A stretch of DNA of 30,428 nt from an uncultured Fibrobacterota bacterium (GTDB lineage Bacteria; Fibrobacterota; OXYB2-FULL-49-7; JAEUSG01), in NCBI GenBank assembly GCA_963831235.1, contig CAWHPS010000066.1, positions 1-30,428 on the forward strand, written 5' to 3'. The notes under the pieces are model-generated. The model saw only the letters and a list, made by a program, of their open reading frames with translations. It ran no database searches and was not told where the DNA came from. Numbering within the stretch: position 1 is the stretch's first letter; each line of letters begins with the position of its first letter. A program made the position numbers and the translations under genes. Shown here piece by piece: positions 1 to 7,970 of this stretch.

Positions 1-133
1 CACAATCCGATGGCGAACCTTTGGCAACAGCAACCAGGGGCTTTTGCGCCTCTGCGCTCACTTTGATTCCGGTCAAGGCCGCTGCTGAAACCATATATGC
101 GCCAGCTGTAACGAAGTTTCTTCGTGTAAACAT
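1..133 (-). CDS. partial CDS (N-terminus only, continues off the window) of a Tat-signal exported protein
   Basis: Reverse-strand ATG at 133-131 translates to MFTRRNFVTAGAYMVSAAALTGIKVSAEAQKPLVAVAKGSPSDC... This has a T-RR-N-F-V twin-arginine motif, a hydrophobic h-region and an AEA cleavage site. AAAGGA lies about 5 nt upstream. It is absent from the ORF track only because there is no in-window stop. Confidence 0.35.
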   Translation of the reverse strand, partial: MFTRRNFVTAGAYMVSAAALTGIKVSAEAQKPLVAVAKGSPSDC

Positions 134-263
134 TCATATCCTTTCATGTAATTATTATAAGTCAAAATAGGTAAAGCAAAACACATATTTCAAGCACCTG
201 TTCCAGTGTTTCCACTGTTTTATAATCTTGCTCCTGATTTATTTAAGGGACTATCTTATTATC

Positions 264-779
264 ATGAGTATTAAGAAACCCTATTCCACCAATGCCAAAT
301 CCAAGGCACTAAACCCGACCCAAGCATCAGAGATAATCCGTTGTCTCGGTCTTAGAAAGCATCCTGAAGGCGGGTATTACCGCGAAATTTTCCGGTCAAA
401 GCAAAAAGTCCAATGGCAGAACCAGATGCTTTCCGCTGGCACAGCCATCCATTTCCTTCTTAGGGAGGGAGATAAAAGCTGGTGTCACCGAATCCCACAG
501 GATGAAGTGTGGCATTTTTATGAAGGCGACCCTTTGGAATTGGTCTGTTTCAATGAAACCACTTTGAACCTGAAAAAAATAGTTCTTTCTTCCAAGAACA
601 GGACGTATATTGTACCTGGAAACTTTTGGCAGGCAGCAAGACCCCTTGGGAAATATTCTTTGATTGGATGCACTGTTTCCCCTGGTTTTGAATTCAGTAT
701 GTTTGAGATTTTAAGCCACTTTCCGGAAAAGAAACTTCTGTTTAAAAAAAAGGTAAAAGGTATAAGTAAATTTATTTGA
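264..779 (+). CDS. DUF985 / cupin_5 family protein
   Basis: ORF 228..779. It carries the motif block HPEGGYYRE...TAIHFLL...SWCHRIPQDEVWHFYEGDPLEL...YIVPGNFWQAA...YSLIGCTVSPGFEFSMFE typical of the DUF985 cupin family. The likely start is the internal Met (MSIKKP...) at 264. Confidence 0.75.
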   Translation: MSIKKPYSTNAKSKALNPTQASEIIRCLGLRKHPEGGYYREIFRSKQKVQWQNQMLSAGTAIHFLLREGDKSWCHRIPQDEVWHFYEGDPLELVCFNETTLNLKKIVLSSKNRTYIVPGNFWQAARPLGKYSLIGCTVSPGFEFSMFEILSHFPEKKLLFKKKVKGISKFI

Positions 780-1138
780 AAGCCCCATATATGAATAACG
801 AATCAGACAAGTCTAACAAGTTCAGCCCCCTTTTTACCACTCTAAAGGAGAAGCTGGTCGTTTTCAGTCTGTTGATGATTATAATTTTCATATTGGATTT
901 GAACCATGGCTCGCCTTTTGCGACAAAACTAATAATGATTCAATTTAAATTAAGGGGCATTGATCCGCTTATGCATAATTTCAGGTTAAGTTCAATCTTT
1001 GGCATATACGACAGCATCCCTGCCCTGGCACATGTTATTGACAAAGCCGGAGCAATATTCTTTTTTGTAATTTCATCAATCAATGTAATCCGTGGACTAC
1101 TTCTCTCTATTGCAAACAAGCCGCTTGAAGACATGTAA
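776..1138 (+). CDS. hypothetical small protein with one predicted TM segment (LVVFSLLMIIIFILDL)
   Basis: 120-codon ORF whose ATG overlaps the cupin stop (ATGA-type overlap). I recognise no family. Composition is AT-rich. Confidence 0.3.
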   Translation: MKAPYMNNESDKSNKFSPLFTTLKEKLVVFSLLMIIIFILDLNHGSPFATKLIMIQFKLRGIDPLMHNFRLSSIFGIYDSIPALAHVIDKAGAIFFFVISSINVIRGLLLSIANKPLEDM

Positions 1139-1358
1139 GAAGAAAAAATAATACTTAATTAAATATTGGACAATTTCAATGTTTTTGTTGCGATGGTGCT
1201 GTCTTGTTTGAATAGCATTGTTAACACAAAATTATTTTAAAATAATAAGTAAATATGCTAATAAATTGATTTCAAATCAGTTGATGTTAACAAGCTGGTA
1301 ACACTTTGTTGAATTTTGCCTTGCTATTCTGGTAGGAATAGCTTAAATTTATGTGCAT

Positions 1359-2189
1359 ATGAAACCAATTTTTGAATATACTAATTACCGGGTCTTTCTA
1401 AAGGACTACTATGCCCACATGAAGGAGAGTACGCATTTTTTCTCCTTCCGTTTTTTTTCCAAACGGGCGGGCTTCAATTCCCCGCAAATCCTTAAGTATG
1501 TCATGGAGGGGGAACGTAACCTGGGCACTGAAAGTATCGAAAAATTCATTGTTGCCCTTACTCTCAAAAACCGAGAGGCGGATTATTTCCGGGCTCTGGT
1601 GAATTTCAACCAGGCTGGAACGGAAAAGGATAAGAGCATCCATTTCAAGGAACTCATCCGCGCCTCGGAAGGTGGGGATATCAAACAGTTGCATAAGAAT
1701 CAATATGAGGTTTTTAGCAATTGGTATTATGTCCCTATCCGGCAAATGGTCTCGCTTAATGGTTTCAAGGAGGATCCACAATGGATTGCCTCCAGTCTGA
1801 AGCCCGCCATCAAACCGGCCGAAGCCCAAAAAGCGCTTGATCGCCTCAAGGAACTGGGCATATTGCGGTACGATGGACAAGGCAAGTTGGTCCAATCGGA
1901 CGCCTTCATCAAAACCGAGGATGAAGTCCAATCCTTATGGCTCAGGAAGTTCCATAATCACATGATCCGGCTTGCCCAGGAATCCATTGAGCGGGTTCCA
2001 AAAGAGGAAAGGGAGATTAGCTCCGTTACGCTTAGTGTTCCAAAATCGGAAATTCAAAATATCAAAACCATGATTTCGGCCTTTGAAGACGAGATAATGG
2101 AAATGCTTGCAAAAAAGCCTGATGAGGCGGAAACCGTTTATCAACTTAATTTCCAGTTCTTCCCCCTAATGGAAAGGAAACCGGAATAA
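1359..2189 (+). CDS. TIGR02147 family protein (Fibrobacter succinogenes paralogous family; putative HTH regulator), copy 1
   Basis: ORF 1353..2189. The N-terminus reads MKPIFEYTNYRVFLKDYYAHMKE..FSFRFFSKRAGFNSPQILKYVMEGERNLGTESIEKF...ADYFRALVNFNQAGT. This matches the conserved N-terminal signature of TIGR02147 proteins as I recall it (YxDYRxFLKDYY ... FSYRxFAxKAG..SP..L..V..GKRNLT). It is paralogous to 10824..11642. The likely start is the ATG at 1359, since 1353 is a GTG. Confidence 0.8.
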   Translation: MKPIFEYTNYRVFLKDYYAHMKESTHFFSFRFFSKRAGFNSPQILKYVMEGERNLGTESIEKFIVALTLKNREADYFRALVNFNQAGTEKDKSIHFKELIRASEGGDIKQLHKNQYEVFSNWYYVPIRQMVSLNGFKEDPQWIASSLKPAIKPAEAQKALDRLKELGILRYDGQGKLVQSDAFIKTEDEVQSLWLRKFHNHMIRLAQESIERVPKEEREISSVTLSVPKSEIQNIKTMISAFEDEIMEMLAKKPDEAETVYQLNFQFFPLMERKPE

Positions 2190-3853
2190 TGCGACTACTT
2201 AAAACCTGTGTTGTACTCTCAATATTGTTATGGGGCTGCGGTTCCCAACCAGGGAATGTTGCGGGTAACAGTGGTACCAAGGCTGGAAACGCCATAGTGA
2301 CTGGGTTCATACGGGATCCGGGCGGTCGTATGGCTGCCGGAGTTGATGTCGTTTTGCGGGACAGGGATTTCCTCCCTGCAGGCACGCCCGGAACACCTGC
2401 GGGGTTTGGACATCAGTATTTCGCGAAAACAGATAGCAATGGCGGGTTCCATTTTTCAGATCTGGAAACCGGTCTTTATCTTTTAGAAGCCCGTAGCGGG
2501 GACACTCTCGGCACCGTGCGCGATTCCATTGACTGCAAAGGCAAATCCGGAACGGATATTAATATTGAAGATACCCTGAAGCCCGTTGGCGGAATGACGG
2601 GTATCCTGGAATTCCCGGATTCCATAGTTTATACGGCCATTACCATAGGCCTGCCGGGTTATTCCTTCCAAATAACCCCGGACTCCACGGGCTTCTTCCG
2701 ATTCGCTGGACTCTCTCCGGCAAGTTACCGGCTCCGTGTTTTCGTTCAAACGGATACGTTGGCAAGTTGGGATACGGTCCAAATCCAAATCACGGTGAAA
2801 ATCACAATTTCACTTGATACGATTTCGCTTATCAGCCATTGGCGGAGTACGAATACCTCTGGTTTCTCTCCGGCAAGCAACGGACGGATCTCCCTTACCG
2901 CATGGGATGCGTCGCCCTCGCTTGCCTACCAGCATTCCTCTCCTGATAATGGTATCAATGTCCTTGGGTTTCACCATGGAACCTGGAACAGTCTGGGTAA
3001 TTCAACCGTTTCCGGTAGCACTGCCGCGCATCCAATCTTGATACCATGGGGCCGGAATCTATTCATGTGCTATATCGACGGGGATAATGCAAACCGCCTT
3101 ACCGCCTTTATTTGGAATGGCGCCCAATGGCAACCCGCCGGTGTTCCAGGCTTCACGCCTCCGGGAATCGCCATATACGCTTTAACCGGTGATTCCTCCC
3201 AGGCGTGGGTTGGGTATGCGGACCCGGGACAGGGCGGTCGTATTACCGTGCAACGGTACTTTGGCGGGCAATGGCAGGTTCTGGGAAATCCTGGCTTCAG
3301 TTCCGGCGTTGCCAATGAAATAGCCATGGCTGTTCTGAACGGTGCGCCCATTCTTGCGTATACGGATGCCACACAGGGGAATCGAGTCACGGTGCTCCGC
3401 TTCTCCGGCGACGACTGGCAGCATCTTGGACCGGCCATTGTCTCCGATGGCCCTGTTGGTTCGCTTTGTCTGCGGGAATTCCATCAGGCGCCTGTGCTCG
3501 CCTATTGCGATTCTGCTCACGGCGCGGCGATTTCAGTCCGCTCCTGGTCGAACAACAGCTGGGCTTATCTTGATTCTCCGGGTTTCACCAATTCCCCCGC
3601 AGGCCTTGTCCGGTTGGCTGCGGATGAAGAGAAATTGGTATTAGCCTATCTGGACAATGATTTTATGAACCAAGCGCGGGTTTGTGAGTGGAATGGAAGG
3701 GAATGGAAAATGCTGAGCATCCGCAAACTACCTTATTTGCCGGCAAGGGAGTTGGATATCGCCCTGGTGAAGGGAACGCCGTGGCTCGCGGTTCTGGATA
3801 CGAAATTTACCAATAATGTTTCCGTGCTGCAATACATTAAAAGGCTTTTTTAA
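2189..3853 (+). CDS. lipoprotein with N-terminal carboxypeptidase-regulatory-like domain followed by tandem ~47-aa W/G-rich repeats (beta-propeller-like)
   Basis: Signal peptide plus Cys (MRLLKTCVVLSILLWGC). A CarbopepD_reg-like block follows (AIVTGFIRDPGGRMAAGVDVVL...TDSNGGFHFSDLETGLYLLEA). Then come at least 6 repeats of the pattern LAY.D...G.R.TV.R.....W..LG.PGF(S/T). The start ATG overlaps the upstream stop (TAATG). This gene is GC-rich relative to its neighbours. Confidence 0.85.
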   Translation: MRLLKTCVVLSILLWGCGSQPGNVAGNSGTKAGNAIVTGFIRDPGGRMAAGVDVVLRDRDFLPAGTPGTPAGFGHQYFAKTDSNGGFHFSDLETGLYLLEARSGDTLGTVRDSIDCKGKSGTDINIEDTLKPVGGMTGILEFPDSIVYTAITIGLPGYSFQITPDSTGFFRFAGLSPASYRLRVFVQTDTLASWDTVQIQITVKITISLDTISLISHWRSTNTSGFSPASNGRISLTAWDASPSLAYQHSSPDNGINVLGFHHGTWNSLGNSTVSGSTAAHPILIPWGRNLFMCYIDGDNANRLTAFIWNGAQWQPAGVPGFTPPGIAIYALTGDSSQAWVGYADPGQGGRITVQRYFGGQWQVLGNPGFSSGVANEIAMAVLNGAPILAYTDATQGNRVTVLRFSGDDWQHLGPAIVSDGPVGSLCLREFHQAPVLAYCDSAHGAAISVRSWSNNSWAYLDSPGFTNSPAGLVRLAADEEKLVLAYLDNDFMNQARVCEWNGREWKMLSIRKLPYLPARELDIALVKGTPWLAVLDTKFTNNVSVLQYIKRLF

Positions 3854-3874
3854 ACTTTCACAAAAGGAGTTCAC

Positions 3875-5365
3875 ATGTTCAACAAAATCCGTGTCATTCT
3901 CGGGAACCTCAGTGGTTTGGGATACTCGCCACTGGTGATGATCGCACTCTTCGTCCTCGTGGTGCGCACTTCAGGGGGGCTCACAGATTGGGTTTATGTC
4001 AAGTCCTTAAGCCAGCCGGGACCCAACCCTGGAATGTGCAATGTCAAAAACATCGCCATCAAAGGCGACTCGCTCTGGGCAAACACCTCCGGCGGTTTAA
4101 TGCTCTACCGCATATCCACCGGGGAAAAAAAGTTCTTCAAAAAGATCGTGGATGATAATGGCGGTGAACGCTTGACGCTGGACAGTAGTGGCGGTCTCTG
4201 GCTCATGCGCACCAACATGGGGAATGCGAGTGACTCATCGTATTACCTCAACTTGAAAACCGGTGCTTGGTCAACTTTATCAAAATTCAGTCAGAATATT
4301 ACTACGGACAAAGACGGATATGTCTGGATTCAAAAATCCGTGTGGCCGGACACGTTTGGAGGTTTGGAGCGTTTCGATGGAACGAGGTGGAAATCTTTTG
4401 ACAGACGCAATACGACTTTTCCTGCAGGTTGGAAGTCAACCAACCCGAATCCGTTTGTCGTTAATTCGATTTGTCCCTCACCCGACGGCAATCTCTGGGT
4501 TGGCTCGCAAACGCAGGGATTGTGGAAGTTTGATGGCGACTCCTTGGCTGTTGCCTTTACAACGGCAAACTACGGACTATTATCGGATGCTTATATCAGA
4601 AAAATTATCGTGGATAATGAAAGCAATATCTGGTTCACATGTGCGGAAGGTCTCATGTGTTATGATGGAATTCAAATGAAGGCTTTCCCTTTTGGGGCGG
4701 ATCTTCCCGGAAATAATCTTCTGTCCATACTATTCGGTCCCGGAAATAAAATATATGTGGGAAGCGCCACCTATGGAACCGTTTCCGGTGGTTTAGGGGA
4801 AGGCTTATCCGTTTATGATAAAAATACGAGGGGTTGGCAGAACCTGAATGCCCTAAACTCCGGATTGCCGGACAATTTCATCAACTGCCTGGCCAAGGAC
4901 AACGCAGGGCGGATCTGGATCGGCACAAAAAACGGCGGTTTGGTAAAGTTGGAGGGTGGTGTCTTTCAGACAATGTTCTTGCCCTCCATACCGAATTATA
5001 ATCTGGACGATTTTGTTTCTGACGGGCAGGGCGGCTTTTGGTTCAAGGGCCAGGGCTCTGCTCAGGGCTTAATTCATTGGGATGGTCGATCCGCATGGAC
5101 ACAGTCTTCTTCAATTATCTATCCATGGTCAATCGCAAAGGGGCCGGATAAACAACTTTGGGTTAGCGCCTATAAGCAGGGTATTACAAGTTTCGATGGA
5201 ATTTCAAAGTGGACCTCTTATGGGGAGTCCGACGGCTTGACCTGGAATACGGCGACACAGATTGCTGTTGACAAAAAAAAGGATTTGTCTGGACCAATTC
5301 GAAATATTGTGTGGGGGGCGGGACGCCCATACAAAATATGGGATTGGTTTTTTTTAACGGGGTAA
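3875..5365 (+). CDS. two-component regulator propeller (Reg_prop) repeat protein, N-terminal part (frame broken near 5273-5280)
   Basis: N-terminal signal/TM (LVMIALFVLVV). Multiple Reg_prop-like blades (DGNLWVGSQTQGLWKFDG; NESNIWFTCAEGLMCYDG; AGRIWIGTKNGGLVKLEGG). AAAGGAG RBS 6 nt upstream. The 3' end overlaps the next ORF in another frame. Confidence 0.8.
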   Translation: MFNKIRVILGNLSGLGYSPLVMIALFVLVVRTSGGLTDWVYVKSLSQPGPNPGMCNVKNIAIKGDSLWANTSGGLMLYRISTGEKKFFKKIVDDNGGERLTLDSSGGLWLMRTNMGNASDSSYYLNLKTGAWSTLSKFSQNITTDKDGYVWIQKSVWPDTFGGLERFDGTRWKSFDRRNTTFPAGWKSTNPNPFVVNSICPSPDGNLWVGSQTQGLWKFDGDSLAVAFTTANYGLLSDAYIRKIIVDNESNIWFTCAEGLMCYDGIQMKAFPFGADLPGNNLLSILFGPGNKIYVGSATYGTVSGGLGEGLSVYDKNTRGWQNLNALNSGLPDNFINCLAKDNAGRIWIGTKNGGLVKLEGGVFQTMFLPSIPNYNLDDFVSDGQGGFWFKGQGSAQGLIHWDGRSAWTQSSSIIYPWSIAKGPDKQLWVSAYKQGITSFDGISKWTSYGESDGLTWNTATQIAVDKKKDLSGPIRNIVWGAGRPYKIWDWFFLTG

Positions 5366-6195
5366 AGTGGCAGTGCTATGACACGACGAATTCGTCCCTC
5401 GTTAATAATGATTTCGTGGGGCCATGCCTTGACACAAATGGAAATGCATGGATAATATGTAAGAACGCAACCAAGAACTATTGCCTTGTCAGTTTTAACG
5501 GGACTCAATGGACAGACCCAGTAGATCTCGGGCCCATTCAAAACCCCACTTGCCTCACTGTGGATAATCAGAATAATATCTGGATCGGAACTTCTGGTTA
5601 TGGACTTTTGAAATTTACCGGAATTAGCAGCCCGCTCCAATATTTTTCCATGACCGGGACCCCGCTCCTTACAAATGATATCGCGGCATTAACAGTAGAC
5701 GGTTCTGGCAAGATTTGGTGCGGGGTGACGGATATATCCCTTAACGGCAAAGGGGGTGGGATCGCCGAATATTCAGAGGGCAACTGGACTTATTATACCA
5801 AAGACAATTCAGGATTGCCCGCCAACCAAATCGGCCAAATTTGGGCCGGCGACTCCGGGCGGATTTGGGTACTGAGCGGCGACGGGTTCTGCTCTTTCCG
5901 AGAGGAGGCTATCACAGGGTCCGAACATGCATCCCCCGCAACGCATCCGGCTTTTAATCTTGAACTGAATCCTAATCCATTCAATCCGTCTACAGTCATT
6001 TCCGTAACGGGAGCGGACCGTCCTATTGACATATCGATATTCGGTTTGGACGGCAGGAAAATCTACCATTATCCGAATCTGGCGCCGGAGGTTGAGCTGA
6101 CTTGGAACGCCCGAGGGTTCGCCTCTGGGGTTTATATTGTCAAAGCCACAGCCGGAAACCGCGTCTGCTTAAAAAAGATTTTACTTCAAAAATAG
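5311..6195 (+). CDS. Reg_prop repeat protein C-terminal part with T9SS (Por) C-terminal sorting domain; probably the continuation of 3875..5365
   Basis: More blades (NNIWIGTSGYGLLKFTG; GKIWCGVTD; GRIWVLSGDGFCSF). A C-terminal T9SS tail follows (NPNPFNPSTVISV...IFGLDGRKIYH...ASGVYIVKATAGNRVCLKKILLQK). This frame is open from 5272, and the listed start is a GTG. Confidence 0.75.
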   Translation: MGGGTPIQNMGLVFFNGVKWQCYDTTNSSLVNNDFVGPCLDTNGNAWIICKNATKNYCLVSFNGTQWTDPVDLGPIQNPTCLTVDNQNNIWIGTSGYGLLKFTGISSPLQYFSMTGTPLLTNDIAALTVDGSGKIWCGVTDISLNGKGGGIAEYSEGNWTYYTKDNSGLPANQIGQIWAGDSGRIWVLSGDGFCSFREEAITGSEHASPATHPAFNLELNPNPFNPSTVISVTGADRPIDISIFGLDGRKIYHYPNLAPEVELTWNARGFASGVYIVKATAGNRVCLKKILLQK

Positions 6196-6222
6196 GCTTA
6201 CGGGAAACCTAAAGGAGGGCAC

Positions 6223-7887
6223 ATGAAACTTACCTTAAAAGTCCTTTGCTTCGCGGCAATCATTGTGTTGAGCATGAGCGCTTATATCTCTGCCGCGGAT
6301 GTCGATTCCATCAGTTTTGATACTACTGTTATAGGAATGATGCCCATCGCAACTACCGTGGACATCTATCTCAACAAATACATTGCCGGAATAAGCATGA
6401 AAGTAATAGATGGATTTCTCATCACAGCATTGGAAGTTGTAAAATATGACGCTTTCGGTAATCTGGCATGGCGATACAAACGTGATTATCCGGACACTTT
6501 GGGAGACATACATCAGGCCGTAAACCCGGTAAAGGTTTTGTCGGATCCGAAGGGCAATCTCTATTTAGTTGGATATTATGCATACTGGACAGACACCTGG
6601 TCTGACACAACGGGTGTGAACCAGAACTGGCTTTACCTGCTAAAAATCGACTTATCCGGGAACTTGAGTTGGGAACGTCTCTGGCGCAAGAACGACAGTA
6701 GCTCCGTAATACCAGCGGATGCCGCTCTTGATGGGGCAAACAACCTTATTATTGGAATTAACTCCGATAATGGTATTGACGGAAATGCCGCACACTTCTC
6801 CGCGCTTATAAAATACAGCTCCAGCGGTCAGTTTCTCTGGTCCAGTTTCTATGATTTTGCGGCCACAAATAATCTGAGTTACTATTTCAACGGAATTCGG
6901 AAAGTTATTGTTCGAAACAACACCATCGGCGTTGGCGGGGATTATACCAAGTCGAGTCATTGGCTTGCCAGGGTTTCACTGGATTCGGGGCATGTCATTT
7001 GGAACAGTCAACAGACGGCAGGCGGAAGCGGCACTTTTATAGACATGGCAATGGGTCCGCAACGCGAGTTTGTCAGTCTTTCCAGAAGCGACCTGGGATT
7101 GGGGATAATGGAAAGATACGATTCCAGTGGAACGCTAAGCTGGCAAAATAATGATGACAGCACGCTCTATTTCACAACTTGCGTTGATTTTAAGGGAAAT
7201 TCCTGGGTGGCTGGAACCAAAGGCGGTAAAGCCATAGTGTCAGTCTGCAAATATAGCCCGAATGGTACAAAGCTCGCCGAAGCGAATGAACCTTTATTGC
7301 GCAATACGACTAGCTCCATTATCAAATGCGATGATTTTGGCCATGGGGTTCTTTTAAGTGAAAGCGCCAATTCTGACACTCTTTTCATTTGTTGTTACGA
7401 TACAGCGCTTAATAAAATCGTGACCTTTGCCAAACGTGTTGAAGGAGGCGTCAACGACGCACAGATTTACATCCAGGCCTTCGATAAGTTGTTGAAAAAC
7501 GGCCGGACAAAGGCAGAAACGCCTACCCGGGTTATTGTGATTGCCCAGAACTCCGTATTGGCCTCTTTTGTACAATACACTTTGCCGGACAACATTGCGA
7601 TAGACAAGAATACGTTATCTAATGCAATGAATTTGGAGCTTATGTGTGAACCCAACCCGTTCAATCCGATGGCCGTAATATCCTTCGATCTCCCGCATGC
7701 GTCTCCCGTGACGCTCAAACTCCTCCGCGTGGATGGCCAGGTCATCCGAACCCTGGTGAGAGGCATATACGCCGCAGGCCGGTACCGATTTTCTCTCAAC
7801 GGCACAGGTCTTGCCAGCGGAACCTATTTTTGCCGTATGCAGGCGGGAACACATTCATTGAGCAAGGCAATCCTATTGCAAAAATAA
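6223..7887 (+). CDS. secreted repeat protein with T9SS C-terminal sorting domain
   Basis: Signal peptide (MKLTLKVLCFAAIIVLSMSAYISA|AD). C-terminal tail CEPNPFNPMAVISFDL...LLRVDGQVIRTL...ASGTYFCRMQAGTHSLSKAILLQK. AAGGAGG RBS upstream. Confidence 0.85.
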   Translation: MKLTLKVLCFAAIIVLSMSAYISAADVDSISFDTTVIGMMPIATTVDIYLNKYIAGISMKVIDGFLITALEVVKYDAFGNLAWRYKRDYPDTLGDIHQAVNPVKVLSDPKGNLYLVGYYAYWTDTWSDTTGVNQNWLYLLKIDLSGNLSWERLWRKNDSSSVIPADAALDGANNLIIGINSDNGIDGNAAHFSALIKYSSSGQFLWSSFYDFAATNNLSYYFNGIRKVIVRNNTIGVGGDYTKSSHWLARVSLDSGHVIWNSQQTAGGSGTFIDMAMGPQREFVSLSRSDLGLGIMERYDSSGTLSWQNNDDSTLYFTTCVDFKGNSWVAGTKGGKAIVSVCKYSPNGTKLAEANEPLLRNTTSSIIKCDDFGHGVLLSESANSDTLFICCYDTALNKIVTFAKRVEGGVNDAQIYIQAFDKLLKNGRTKAETPTRVIVIAQNSVLASFVQYTLPDNIAIDKNTLSNAMNLELMCEPNPFNPMAVISFDLPHASPVTLKLLRVDGQVIRTLVRGIYAAGRYRFSLNGTGLASGTYFCRMQAGTHSLSKAILLQK

Positions 7888-7970
7888 GGAAGTGCCGGAA
7901 AAACAGAATTTTCGGATAGCACGCAGTAAAGCAAAACGAAGAGTTTTAACTTTTACACGGGAGGTCTCTT

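Noticed and set aside
1398-1931. 177-aa minus-strand ORF (plus 1727..1912 and 1935..2144)
   Set aside because: It lies entirely antisense to the TIGR02147 gene, which has a clear family signature. It has no family resemblance and is a typical shadow ORF.
2146-3520. Several minus-strand ORFs (2146..2385, 2228..2452, 2483..2788, 3070..3438, 3182..3520) and the plus-strand 2814..3041 and 3342..3644
   Set aside because: All lie inside the GC-rich repeat lipoprotein gene. High GC suppresses stops in alternative frames, and the translations are Pro/Arg/Gly-rich nonsense.
5218-5640. 140-aa minus-strand ORF across the frameshift junction
   Set aside because: Antisense to two ORFs that both show Reg_prop blade motifs. 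It has no features of its own.
6235-7854. Minus-strand ORFs 6235..6513, 6422..6739, 6652..6960, 7167..7388, 7354..7575, 7467..7805, 7615..7854, and the plus-strand 6960..7151
   Set aside because: They are embedded in the 6223..7887 T9SS cargo gene, which has a signal peptide and a canonical CTD, so these are shadow ORFs.
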